A stretch of DNA of 64,000 nt from Intestinibacillus massiliensis (GTDB lineage Bacteria > Bacillota > Clostridia > Oscillospirales > Butyricicoccaceae), in the NCBI GenBank assembly GCA_029267335.1, contig JAJUJC010000003.1:165044-229043 (forward strand). The letters are read 5' to 3'. A program made the translations under genes and the position numbers. The notes below the pieces were generated by a model. That model was not told the DNA's origin. It ran no database searches and saw nothing but the letters and a program-made list of their open reading frames with translations. Position 1 is the first letter of the stretch; the number at the start of each line of letters is the position of its first letter. Shown here piece after piece: positions 1-8,435 of the stretch.

Positions 1-708
1 AACGAACTGGTGCGTCCTGCGGTCGCGAATCTTGATCTGCTCGTCGCGGTCGCATCCGCGGCACCGCCGCAGACCGACCCATTTTTGATCGACAAGGTGT
101 GCGCGATCGCGGAAAATAAGGGCATCGGCATGCTGCTCGTACTCAATAAGACCGATTTGGACGAAGCGGATGAATTGCAGGGGATTTACCACAAAGCGGG
201 CATCGAAACGCTGTGCGTCAGCGCGGAGACGGGCGCGGGCATTGATGCACTGCTTGAACGTCTGCACGGCAGGGTGTCCGCATTCGCGGGCAATTCGGGC
301 GTAGGCAAGTCCAGTCTGCTCAACCGGCTCGTGCCGGATTTTCACGCCCAGGTCGGTACGATCTCCGACCGTATCCAACGCGGACGGCACACCACCCGTC
401 ATGTTGAGCTGATCGCACTCGAAGGCGGCGGTTACCTTGCGGACACGCCCGGTTTTTCCTCGTTCGATACCGAGCAGATGGATCTTGTGCTCGCGGAGGA
501 TCTGCAATATGCGTTTCCCGAGTTTGCACCATACCTCGGTCAATGCAAGTTTACGGGCTGCGCACATGTGCGTGAAAAGGGCTGCGCCGTGCTCGCGGCG
601 GTCGAAGCGGGGGAGATCCCGCGTTCACGTCATGAGAGCTATGTCAAACTCTACGAAAGCGTAAAGGATCTGAAGGAATGGGAACTTTCCAAGGGCGCCC
701 AGCGCTGA
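1..708 (+). CDS. rsgA: Ribosome small-subunit-dependent GTPase A (RsgA/YjeQ), 5' end outside window
   Basis: Frame of ORF 10..708 stays open to nt 1. GTPase motifs NKTDL and GNSGVGKSSLLN, plus C-terminal Cys cluster CKFTGCAHVREKGC. The N-terminal OB domain is absent, so the gene starts upstream. Confidence 0.93.
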   Translation, partial: NELVRPAVANLDLLVAVASAAPPQTDPFLIDKVCAIAENKGIGMLLVLNKTDLDEADELQGIYHKAGIETLCVSAETGAGIDALLERLHGRVSAFAGNSGVGKSSLLNRLVPDFHAQVGTISDRIQRGRHTTRHVELIALEGGGYLADTPGFSSFDTEQMDLVLAEDLQYAFPEFAPYLGQCKFTGCAHVREKGCAVLAAVEAGEIPRSRHESYVKLYESVKDLKEWELSKGAQR

Positions 709-1325
709 TTTTTTCCGCCGCGCCCGAAACCGAATACGGCTACATCCACGATTATCTCGCGGCACATCCTGATGCGGTCATTTGCTGTGCGGATGCCGGT
801 GTGCGACATGCGCGCGCGGTCGGCGTGACCCCGGACGTTGTTGTTGGAGATTTTGACTCCGGCACATGCCCGACAGAGGGCGAAGTGATTCTCTTGCAGC
901 CGGAAAAGGACGACACCGACACACAGCATTGTCTGCGTCTGCTCATCGAGCGCGGCTGCGGGGAGATTACGGTCGTATGCGCGACCGGCGGTCGGATCGA
1001 CCATCTGCTCGGCAATCTTTCGCTGTGCGAGCAGGCACATGCACTCGGCGGATGCTGCCGGATTTTAGACCGGCAGAACCTTGTTTTTTTGCATGAAGGC
1101 GGAGCGCAGCATTTCAAAATGCCGCCGCAGTATCGCTTTTTTTCCATCCTACCGCTCGACGCGGAACTCCGCGACGTGACCATCACGGGGGCGAAGTATC
1201 CACTCGAGCACGGCATCATCCATCGCATTGGTATGATTTCCATTTCCAATGAGGCGGTGCAGACGACCGTGGGCGTTGAAATCGGGCAGGGAAGTGCGCT
1301 CATCGTGCTCGCCCGCGACGCATAG
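678..1325 (+). CDS. thiN: Thiamine diphosphokinase
   Basis: GDFDS, EKDDTDTQ and GGRIDH motifs typical of thiamine pyrophosphokinase. ATG 678 overlaps the rsgA end by 31 nt. Confidence 0.85.
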   Translation: MGTFQGRPALIFSAAPETEYGYIHDYLAAHPDAVICCADAGVRHARAVGVTPDVVVGDFDSGTCPTEGEVILLQPEKDDTDTQHCLRLLIERGCGEITVVCATGGRIDHLLGNLSLCEQAHALGGCCRILDRQNLVFLHEGGAQHFKMPPQYRFFSILPLDAELRDVTITGAKYPLEHGIIHRIGMISISNEAVQTTVGVEIGQGSALIVLARDA

Positions 1326-1342
1326 TCCCCTTTGTTCAAAAT

Positions 1343-1377
1343 GCCATCGCGTCCTTGCGGCGCGGTGGCTTTTTTTG
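1343..1377 (+). terminator. Intrinsic terminator after thiN
   Basis: GCCATCGCG/CGCGGTGGC stem followed by TTTTTTT. Confidence 0.7.
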
Positions 1378-1410
1378 TTTGCTTTGTTTTGCAGTTTTGC
1401 ATCAACGTAC

Positions 1411-1439
1411 TTGCAAAATTGCAAGCAGGAGACTATAAT
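1411..1439 (+). promoter_or_regulatory. Sigma-A type promoter TTGCAA-N17-TATAAT
   Basis: Hexamers at 1411-1416 and 1434-1439 with a 17-nt spacer, upstream of the aminotransferase gene. Confidence 0.6.
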
Positions 1440-1514
1440 GATAAAGACGATTTTGTGAGTGTGACAGCTGGGGTGAAAATGGCTGTCTATGCAGCGAGTG
1501 GGAGGAACAACGCA

Positions 1515-2711
1515 GTGTTGAAACCAATTTCGAAGATTGCATCCGGCGTGCAGGCGTCAACGACGCTGGCGATCGACGCCATGTATAAGCAGATGAAGGC
1601 GCGCGGGGAGGATGTCGTCGGCTTTGGCGCAGGCGAGCCTGATTTTGCAACGCCCGAGCGCATCAAGGCTGCGGGTATTGCCGCGATCATGAGCAATCTG
1701 ACGAAATATACGCCCGCGGCGGGTCTGCCCAAGCTGCGTGAGGCGGCATGTTATCGTTTGAAGCAGGATTGTAACGTCGATTATGCGCCCGAGCAGATCG
1801 TGGTCGCATCGGGCGCGAAGCATAATGTCTATATTGCACTGATGACGCTGTGCGACCCGGGGGATGAGGTCGTTATTCTCGCGCCCTACTGGGTGTCTTA
1901 CAGCGAAATGGTGCGACAGGCGGGCGCGGTTCCCGTGATTGTTGCGGCGAGCGAAGCACAGGACTTTAAGGTCAGTGCGGAACAGCTCGATGCTGCAATT
2001 ACGGAAAAGACCAAGGTCGTGATGCTCAACTCACCCTCGAACCCGACCGGCATGGTCTATACCCGTGCGGAGCTCGAAGCGATCGCCGCGGTTTGCGTCA
2101 AGCACAATGTTTATGTCATTGCGGATGAGATTTACTGCAACCTCGTCTATGACGATCTTGAGTTTGTATCCTTCGCCTCGCTGAGCGAGGACATCAAGCA
2201 GCGTACGATCCTCATTAACGGCGTGTCAAAGTCCTATGCGATGACCGGATGGCGTATCGGTTATGCCGCGGCAAACCACGAGATCGCCAAGGCAATGAGC
2301 AACTATCTCAGCCATTCGACCTCAGCGCCCTCGACGATCTCGCAGTATGCCGCGATCGAAGCACTGACCGGCACACAGGAGGACATCGACGAAATGCGCT
2401 TGCAGTTCGAGGAGCGCCGGAACCATCTGGTCGAGCATATGAACCGCATCCCGGGCGTTTCCTGCCTCAAGCCCCAGGGTGCGTTCTATGTCATGATGAA
2501 TATGTCGTCCTTCCTTGGAAAGACGATGTACGGCAAAAAGATTGAAAATGATACCGATTTTGCACAGCTTTTCCTCGAAAAGGGCAAGGTGGCGACGGTT
2601 CCTTGCACCTCGTTTGCAGCACCGGGCTATATCCGCTGGAGCTATGCGACCTCACTGACCGAGATCGACAAGGGGCTTGACCGTCTGGAGACCTTCATCA
2701 AGAATGCGTGA
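1515..2711 (+). CDS. Pyridoxal-phosphate-dependent class I aminotransferase (aspartate aminotransferase-like)
   Basis: GAGEPDF, NPSNPTG and SKSYAMTGWRIGY (PLP-Lys) motifs. GTG 1515 lies 8 nt after GGGAGGA. ATG 1479 is an in-frame alternative. The track start at 1332 overlaps the promoter and terminator. Confidence 0.9.
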   Translation: MLKPISKIASGVQASTTLAIDAMYKQMKARGEDVVGFGAGEPDFATPERIKAAGIAAIMSNLTKYTPAAGLPKLREAACYRLKQDCNVDYAPEQIVVASGAKHNVYIALMTLCDPGDEVVILAPYWVSYSEMVRQAGAVPVIVAASEAQDFKVSAEQLDAAITEKTKVVMLNSPSNPTGMVYTRAELEAIAAVCVKHNVYVIADEIYCNLVYDDLEFVSFASLSEDIKQRTILINGVSKSYAMTGWRIGYAAANHEIAKAMSNYLSHSTSAPSTISQYAAIEALTGTQEDIDEMRLQFEERRNHLVEHMNRIPGVSCLKPQGAFYVMMNMSSFLGKTMYGKKIENDTDFAQLFLEKGKVATVPCTSFAAPGYIRWSYATSLTEIDKGLDRLETFIKNA

Positions 2712-2765
2712 ATCTTACATAGAGTGGCTTTTTTTCTTGAAATAGCACGCGAAAAATGATAAAAT

Positions 2766-2795
2766 AAGGGCGGACTGTTGCAGTCCGCCTTTTTA
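2766..2795 (+). terminator. Intrinsic terminator after the aminotransferase gene
   Basis: GGCGGACTG-TTG-CAGTCCGCC hairpin followed by TTTTT. Confidence 0.75.
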
Positions 2796-2857
2796 CGCGA
2801 TACTGTCGGGAAATCACCCGTTAGATCATCATCACAGACCGAAAGGATGTCGTACAC

Positions 2858-4288
2858 TTGAACGCACAATACGAAAGCCCTTTTTGCTCGCGCTATGCCT
2901 CGGATGAGATGCTCTATGTATTCTCGCCGGACATGAAATTCTCCACCTGGCGCCGCTTGTGGATCTCGCTTGCCAAGGCGGAAATGGCACTCGGACTGCC
3001 CATTACACAGGAGCAGATCGACGAGATGCAGGCGCATATCACCGATATCGACTATGATACTGCGCGCCGCCGCGAAAAAGAGGTGCGCCACGATGTCATG
3101 GCGCATGTCTATACCTTCGGCAAGGCCGCGCCCAAGGCAGCGGGCATCATTCATCTTGGCGCGACAAGTGCGTATGTTGGTGACAATACCGACATTATCC
3201 AGCTGCGCGAAGGTCTGCTGCTTGTGCGCAAGAAGCTCGTCACGGTGCTCGATCGTCTGGCAAAGTTCGCGGACGCACATAAGGCGCAGCCGACGCTCGG
3301 CTTCACGCATTTTCAGCCTGCACAGCTGACTACGGTCGGCAAGCGTGCAACGCTGTGGATGAACGAGCTGCTCATGGATCTCGATGAGGTCGAATACCGT
3401 CTGGAAAACCTGCGTATGCTCGGCTCCAAGGGCACGACGGGCACACAGGCATCCTTCGTCGAGCTGTTTGACGGCGACGATCGCAAGGTCAAGGAACTCG
3501 AGCAGCGCATTGCGGACGACTTCGGGTTTGCCGGCGTTGTACCGGTGTCCGGTCAGACCTATTCGCGCAAGATCGACGCGCAGATGATTGCGACCCTGTC
3601 CGGCATCGCGCAGTCCGCGTCCAAGTTCGCGACAGATCTGCGCCTGCTGCAACATCTCAAGGAGATCGAGGAGCCGTTCGAGGCACACCAGATCGGCTCG
3701 TCCGCGATGCCGTACAAGCGCAACCCCATGCGCTCGGAGCGCATTTGTGCGCTCGCGCGTTATGTCATCTGCGACAGCCTGAACCCCGCGTTCACTTCTG
3801 CGACGCAGTGGTTCGAGCGCACGCTTGACGATTCCGCGAATAAGCGCATTTCCGTGCCGGAGGCGTTCCTCGGCATTGACGCGATCCTCAATATCATGAT
3901 CAACGTCGTATCTGGTCTCGTGGTCTATCCCAAGGTTATCCACCAGCGCGTGATGAACGAGCTGCCCTTTATGGCGACCGAGAATATTATGATGAGCGCG
4001 GTCAAGCGCGGCGGCAACCGCCAGGATCTGCACGAGCGCATTCGTGAGCACTCGATGGCGGCGGGCAAGCGCATCAAGGAGGAGGGACTTGAGAACGACC
4101 TGATCGACCGCATTGCAAACGACCCGATGTTCGGCATGAGCCGCGCGGAGATCGAAGCGGAGCTTGACCCGACGAACTATATCGGGCGCAGCCCGGCACA
4201 GGTCGATGACTTCCTGAACGATTGTGTCTATCCGCGCATCAAGCCGTATCTGGGCGGGGAAGAGCTCCACATCGAGATCAACCTGTAA
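2858..4288 (+). CDS. purB: Adenylosuccinate lyase
   Basis: 476 aa with the fumarate-lyase signature GSSAMPYKRNP. N-terminus YESPFCSRYASDEM is typical of clostridial PurB. TTG start. Confidence 0.95.
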   Translation: MNAQYESPFCSRYASDEMLYVFSPDMKFSTWRRLWISLAKAEMALGLPITQEQIDEMQAHITDIDYDTARRREKEVRHDVMAHVYTFGKAAPKAAGIIHLGATSAYVGDNTDIIQLREGLLLVRKKLVTVLDRLAKFADAHKAQPTLGFTHFQPAQLTTVGKRATLWMNELLMDLDEVEYRLENLRMLGSKGTTGTQASFVELFDGDDRKVKELEQRIADDFGFAGVVPVSGQTYSRKIDAQMIATLSGIAQSASKFATDLRLLQHLKEIEEPFEAHQIGSSAMPYKRNPMRSERICALARYVICDSLNPAFTSATQWFERTLDDSANKRISVPEAFLGIDAILNIMINVVSGLVVYPKVIHQRVMNELPFMATENIMMSAVKRGGNRQDLHERIREHSMAAGKRIKEEGLENDLIDRIANDPMFGMSRAEIEAELDPTNYIGRSPAQVDDFLNDCVYPRIKPYLGGEELHIEINL

Positions 4289-4305
4289 GTCAAAAAAGAC
4301 TTTTA

Positions 4306-4334
4306 TTGACTTCTGTACACGAAAAGTCTATAAT
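4306..4334 (+). promoter_or_regulatory. Sigma-A type promoter TTGACT-N17-TATAAT
   Basis: Near-consensus hexamers 38 nt upstream of the secD start. Confidence 0.65.
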
Positions 4335-4371
4335 GTTTTTCGTGTCTGAAAGTAATTAGGAGGTAACAAAA

Positions 4372-5664
4372 GTGAAGAAGAGCATCGCATCCTTCATCGC
4401 CGTCATGCTGGTCATCGTACTGCTGGGCTTGGCGTCGGTCATGGGATTCAGCGTTGGGAAAACGACCGTGATCCCCAGCGTGTTCAGTACGGAGGGCATT
4501 CGCCGCGGTCTGGATCTGGTGGGCGGTTCGTCCATTACCTATGAGGCAAATCTCCCCGAAAACTATGATATGACAAAGCTCCCGAGCGACATGAAGACCG
4601 CGCAGGCTATGCTGCGTGCACGTCTTGATGCGCAGGGTTTTACCGAAGCGACCCTGACGCTGCAGGGCGACCGCCGTATTACGGTTGAGATCCCGTCTAT
4701 CAAGAATCCGGAAGAAGCGGTACAGACCCTTGGCAAGACCGCACAGCTGAAGTTCGTCGATGCCGACGGCAACGAGATCCTGAGCGGTACGGACGTTAAG
4801 AAGGCGACCGCACGCTTCGGTGCGACCTCGCAGGGCGGCATGGAGCAGAACTATGTCGAACTGGAGTTCAAGGCGGAAGCCGTTGCAAAGTGGGCGGAAG
4901 CGACAAAGAAGGCAGCGCAGCAGGCTGCGACCGGCAAGAACTTTATTGCGATCCTCATGGATAACGATGTCGTCGAGAGTGCAAGCGTGAGCAGCGAATA
5001 TGCGGCTACGGGCATCAACAGCGAAACCTGCGTTATTTCCGGTCAGTTCACGGCGGAGACAGCGGGCCAGCTTGCAAACCTCGTCAACATTGGTCAGCTG
5101 CCGTTCACGCTGACGCAGGATGAACTGCGCGCAGTCGGTCCCGAGCTGGGCTCCAATGCGCTGCACAACAGCTTCTATGCGCTCATCATCGGCGTTCTCC
5201 TGATCGCACTGCTCATGGTCGTACTGTATCGCCTGCCGGGCGTGGTTTCGGTCATTGCGCTGTGCTTCTTCATGGTTATCGAAGCAATCATCCTCGCGGT
5301 GTTCCACGTTAACCTGTCCTTGCCGGGTATCGCCGGTATCGTGCTGTCGGTCGGTATGGCGGTCGATGCGAACGTCATTATCTTCGAGCGCATCAAGGAA
5401 GAGCTGCGCGCGGGCAAGTCGGTCAAGGCTTCGATCGACTCGGGCTTTAAGCGTGCATTTACGGCAATTCTGGACTCCAATGTCACAACGCTGATCGCGG
5501 CAGTCGTTCTGTACGGTCTGGGCACCGGCACGGTCAAGGGCTTCGCGATGACGCTGGGCATGGGCGTTATCGTCTCGATGTTCACGGCACTGACCGTGAC
5601 CCACTTCCTGCTCAACCGCATGGTGGACTTCAGAATCAAAAATCCCAAGGTCTACGGTGCATAA
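4372..5664 (+). CDS. secD: Protein translocase subunit SecD
   Basis: GTG start 8 nt after AGGAGG. N-terminal TM segment, large periplasmic-type domain and C-terminal 5-TM block with DANVIIFERIKEE. Confidence 0.95.
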   Translation: MKKSIASFIAVMLVIVLLGLASVMGFSVGKTTVIPSVFSTEGIRRGLDLVGGSSITYEANLPENYDMTKLPSDMKTAQAMLRARLDAQGFTEATLTLQGDRRITVEIPSIKNPEEAVQTLGKTAQLKFVDADGNEILSGTDVKKATARFGATSQGGMEQNYVELEFKAEAVAKWAEATKKAAQQAATGKNFIAILMDNDVVESASVSSEYAATGINSETCVISGQFTAETAGQLANLVNIGQLPFTLTQDELRAVGPELGSNALHNSFYALIIGVLLIALLMVVLYRLPGVVSVIALCFFMVIEAIILAVFHVNLSLPGIAGIVLSVGMAVDANVIIFERIKEELRAGKSVKASIDSGFKRAFTAILDSNVTTLIAAVVLYGLGTGTVKGFAMTLGMGVIVSMFTALTVTHFLLNRMVDFRIKNPKVYGA

Positions 5665-5682
5665 AGAAAGGAGGCGGTTCAC

Positions 5683-6582
5683 ATGAAGAAGACATTTCCC
5701 GTTGTAAAGAATTTTAAAATTTTCGGCATTATTTCGATCCTGCTGTGCTCGATCGGTCTGTTCAGCATTCTTGCGTTGCCGTTTGGACTCAATCTGTTCA
5801 ATCTGTCGATCGACTTTGCGGGCGGCACACAGATGGAATTCAACATGAATACACCGGTCACGACCGAGATCAAGGATCAGGTCAAGAGCGTGTTCTCCGA
5901 TGCGACCGGCGTGACGCCTTCGAGTGTCATCAATGCAAGCGATACGCATGTCATCGTGCGTATGAGCAGCATCGACTCTGAGAAGCGTCAGGCGGCGATC
6001 TCCGCAATGGAGAAGAAGTTCAACCTGACCGAGAACGACCTCTATCAGAACGAGGACGTCAGCGCATCGGTCGGTCAGGACATGCAGCGCACGGCGTTCC
6101 TGTCCGCGATCGTTGCGGTCATCCTGATGATGCTCTACATCAGCTTCCGTTTTGAGTTTACCTCCGGTCTGGCGGCGGTCGTCTGCCTGTTGCATGATCT
6201 GCTCATTATGCTGACCTGCTATGTGGTATTCCAGATCTCGATGGACAGCAAGTTCATCGCGGCGGCGCTGACCATTCTCGGCTACTCCATCAACGCGTCG
6301 ATCATCGTATTTGACCGCGTGCGTGAAAACCTGCGCACCTCGCGCAAGGAGCCGTTCGAGGACGTTGCAGAACGCAGCGTTTGGCAGACCATGGGTCGTA
6401 CCATCAACACCACGCTGACCACGCTGTTCACGGTCGGCATGCTGTGCATCCTGGTACCGTCCCTGCGCAACTTCGCAGTGCCGCTTATCATCGGCATCAT
6501 CTCCGGCGCATATTCCTCGATTCTGCTTTCAAGCGCGCTGTGGGGCAAGTTCCGCAAGATTTTCCGCAAGAAGCATGCATAA
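5683..6582 (+). CDS. secF: Protein translocase subunit SecF
   Basis: Immediately follows secD. SecF-type membrane domain (GYSINASIIVFDRVREN). Confidence 0.95.
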   Translation: MKKTFPVVKNFKIFGIISILLCSIGLFSILALPFGLNLFNLSIDFAGGTQMEFNMNTPVTTEIKDQVKSVFSDATGVTPSSVINASDTHVIVRMSSIDSEKRQAAISAMEKKFNLTENDLYQNEDVSASVGQDMQRTAFLSAIVAVILMMLYISFRFEFTSGLAAVVCLLHDLLIMLTCYVVFQISMDSKFIAAALTILGYSINASIIVFDRVRENLRTSRKEPFEDVAERSVWQTMGRTINTTLTTLFTVGMLCILVPSLRNFAVPLIIGIISGAYSSILLSSALWGKFRKIFRKKHA

Positions 6583-6601
6583 ACGTGTCGCATATTGCAG
6601 C

Positions 6602-6635
6602 AAAAGAGGGTACCCTGTCGGGGTATCCTCTTTTG
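6602..6635 (+). terminator. Intrinsic terminator after secF
   Basis: 12-bp stem AAGAGGGTACCC/GGGTATCCTCTT followed by a T-run. Confidence 0.8.
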
Positions 6636-6692
6636 TAAATCGCGGCATACTACATTTGTTTGAATTTTACGCAGAAGAAGGGAGGAGAACGC

Positions 6693-7568
6693 ATGGACTG
6701 CGGTATTTCCACGGCTTGTTTCTATCCGGAACCGCTCGAAGACACGGTCGACCGTATCGCCGCACTCGGCGTGGGTGTAGTCGAGGTCTTTGTCAATACG
6801 GAATCGGAATTTCATCCGACCTTTGTGCGCGACATGAAGGCGCGGCTCGATGCGCATGGCTTGCGCGTTGCATCGCTCCATCCGTTTACCTCACCGATGG
6901 AGGGACAACTGCTGCTTTCCAATTACGACCGCCGCACACAGGATGGCATTGCGCAGTATCGCAATTACTTTGAGGCAGCACACATGCTTGGCGCACACAG
7001 CCTGACCTTTCACGGGGAGCGCAGTATTATCCGCGACCGTGACGCTGAGGATACTGCGCGCAAGCTCGAGGTCTATGCCACGCTGTGTGAGGTCGCAGCG
7101 GAGTACGGCATCGCGCTTGCGCAGGAGAACGTGGCGTGGTGCAAATCGGAAAGCCCGGACTATATCAAGCGCCTGTATGCTGCGGTGCCTGCGCTGCGGT
7201 ATACGCTCGATATTAAGCAGGCGCACCGCGCAGGGCATCACTGGAGCGAATACCTCGATGCGATGGGGGAGCGTATCATCAATGTGCATATCAATGATTT
7301 TGATGAGACCCATAGCTGCATGCTGCCGGGCGAGGGTGTGATGCAGTATGACGCGCTGTTCGACCGCCTGGCGGCTCTGGGCTATGATGAACAGGTGCTA
7401 ATTGAGGTCTATGACAGTGATTATGAGTCGCTGGAACAAATTCAACGTTCACTCCTTTTTTTGGATAGCTGCGCCGCACATAGAGAAAATTGCCGTTCCG
7501 ACTTTTCTTTTGCGCGAGAAAATGTTACAATAGAACCACAAGGATCCACCCGACAGATAGTGAGATGA
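6693..7568 (+). CDS. Sugar phosphate isomerase/epimerase (xylose isomerase-like TIM barrel)
   Basis: ATG 6693 follows GGGAGGAG. Pattern of conserved E/H/D residues (LTFHGE, LAQENV, VHINDF, IEVY) is typical of the AP-endonuclease-2/xylose-isomerase-like fold. Confidence 0.75.
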   Translation: MDCGISTACFYPEPLEDTVDRIAALGVGVVEVFVNTESEFHPTFVRDMKARLDAHGLRVASLHPFTSPMEGQLLLSNYDRRTQDGIAQYRNYFEAAHMLGAHSLTFHGERSIIRDRDAEDTARKLEVYATLCEVAAEYGIALAQENVAWCKSESPDYIKRLYAAVPALRYTLDIKQAHRAGHHWSEYLDAMGERIINVHINDFDETHSCMLPGEGVMQYDALFDRLAALGYDEQVLIEVYDSDYESLEQIQRSLLFLDSCAAHRENCRSDFSFARENVTIEPQGSTRQIVR

Positions 7569-7572
7569 TCGC

Positions 7573-8037
7573 ATGAAATGCCCGTTTTGTAATTTTGCAG
7601 ATAGTAAGGTCGTTGATTCCCGTCCGACCGACGAGGGGAGCAGCATTCGCCGCCGCCGTGAGTGCCTGAGCTGCGGCAAGCGCTTCACGACCTATGAGAC
7701 CGTAGAGCGGCTGCCGCTCATGCTCGTCAAGCGTGATGGCACGCGCGAGCCATACGACCGCCAGAAGCTGCTTTCGGGCGTGATGAAGGCGTGCGAAAAG
7801 CGTCCGGTGCCGCAGGCACGGCTCGAGCAGCTCGTCGATGAGGTTGAGCAGAAGCTGTTTGGCACACTGGAATACGAGGTGTCCTCTAAGGCAATCGGGG
7901 AGATGGTCATGGAACAGCTCAAGAACGTCGATGAGGTCGCTTATGTGCGGTTTGCATCGGTTTATCGTCAGTTTAAGGACATTAACACCTTTATGGAGGA
8001 GCTGAATACGCTCATCCGCGAAAACGAAAAGAAATGA
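7573..8037 (+). CDS. nrdR: Transcriptional repressor NrdR
   Basis: N-terminal Zn ribbon MKCPFCN...[12 protein letters not shown] followed by an ATP-cone domain. Confidence 0.96.
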   Translation: MKCPFCNFADSKVVDSRPTDEGSSIRRRRECLSCGKRFTTYETVERLPLMLVKRDGTREPYDRQKLLSGVMKACEKRPVPQARLEQLVDEVEQKLFGTLEYEVSSKAIGEMVMEQLKNVDEVAYVRFASVYRQFKDINTFMEELNTLIRENEKK

Positions 8038-8042
8038 GTTTG

Positions 8043-8075
8043 ATCGCGCGTCCTTTTGGGCCGCGCGATTTTTTG
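8043..8075 (+). terminator. Intrinsic terminator after nrdR
   Basis: ATCGCGCG/CGCGCGAT stem followed by TTTTTT. Confidence 0.75.
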
Positions 8076-8095
8076 TAGGAAAGCATAAAAAAGGC

Positions 8096-8124
8096 TTGCA
8101 ATTTGCGGGTGAGAGTGTTATCCT
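8096..8124 (+). promoter_or_regulatory. Candidate rib operon promoter TTGCAA-N17-TATCCT
   Basis: Hexamers with a 17-nt spacer about 20 nt upstream of the riboswitch P1 stem. Confidence 0.45.
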
Positions 8125-8142
8125 AAACCCATCAACTGAATA

Positions 8143-8273
8143 GCAGTTCTTCAGGGCAGGGTGAAATTCCCTACCGGCGGTATAGCCCGCGAGCGGATGC
8201 GTCAGCATTGCAGCAGATTCGGTGAAACTCCGAGGCCGACAGTATAGTCTGGATGGAAGAAGAAAACAGATTG
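8143..8273 (+). promoter_or_regulatory. FMN riboswitch (RFN element) aptamer
   Basis: Conserved blocks TTCTTCAGGGCAGGGTGAAATTCCCTACCGGCGGT, AGCCCGCGAGC and GGTGAAACTCCGAGGCCGACAGTATAGTCTGGATGGAAGAAG. The P1 strands TTCTTC and GAAGAA close the element. It lies directly upstream of the rib genes. Confidence 0.93.
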
Positions 8274-8317
8274 CAGGATACGGCATTTTGTCGTTTGTTC
8301 CCGTTATCTTTTGTGCT

Positions 8318-8355
8318 CTGAAATGCCGTATGGTATTTCAGATTTTTTGTTTTTG
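8318..8355 (+). terminator. Riboswitch expression-platform terminator 1
   Basis: 10-bp hairpin CTGAAATGCC-GTAT-GGTATTTCAG followed by ATTTTTTGTTTTTG. Its 5' arm (8321-8331) is also perfectly complementary to 8277-8287, the antiterminator. Confidence 0.85.
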
Positions 8356-8383
8356 TGCCTTTTCTTAGGATAGGTGCAGCTAA

Positions 8384-8417
8384 ACGCCCTGAAGAATGAT
8401 CTTCAGGGCGTTTTTTG
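8384..8417 (+). terminator. Second terminator-like hairpin in the rib leader
   Basis: 12-bp stem ACGCCCTGAAGA-ATGA-TCTTCAGGGCGT followed by TTTTTT, ending a few nt before the ribD SD. Confidence 0.7.
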
Positions 8418-8435
8418 ATACGAGGAGTGATCGTA

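Noticed and set aside
678-708. 31-nt overlap between rsgA and thiN, considered as a possible frameshift or fusion. The absence of rpe between them was also noted.
   Set aside because: Both reading frames are intact with normal family ends. Overlaps of this size are common in compact operons. Gene order variation alone is not evidence of anything unusual.
1332-1514. N-terminal extensions implied by the ORF-track starts. Examples: 1332 (aminotransferase), 8415 (ribD), 14978 (fabD), 17753 (fabF), 20006 (accC), 24732 (XRE gene), 36617 (sepF), 37403 (divIVA), 41188 (lspA), 48262 (Rrf2), 49411, 51850 (TetR), 57199, 57323 (rpsB), 58496 (tsf), 59627 (LacI) and 62159 (nusB).
   Set aside because: In each case an internal start codon has a well-spaced GGAGG-type SD and matches the usual family N-terminus. 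The extension meanwhile runs through promoters, terminators or the preceding gene.
2642-4270. 542-aa ORF on the minus strand, opposite purB.
   Set aside because: It is fully antisense to a gene with unmistakable family motifs. It has no SD, and its composition is Arg/Ala/Leu/His-rich and low in complexity. This is the typical shadow ORF of GC-rich coding DNA.
4303-6195. 630-aa ORF antisense to secD-secF.
   Set aside because: Same reasoning. It spans two real genes and their intergenic SD, and no recognisable domain is present.
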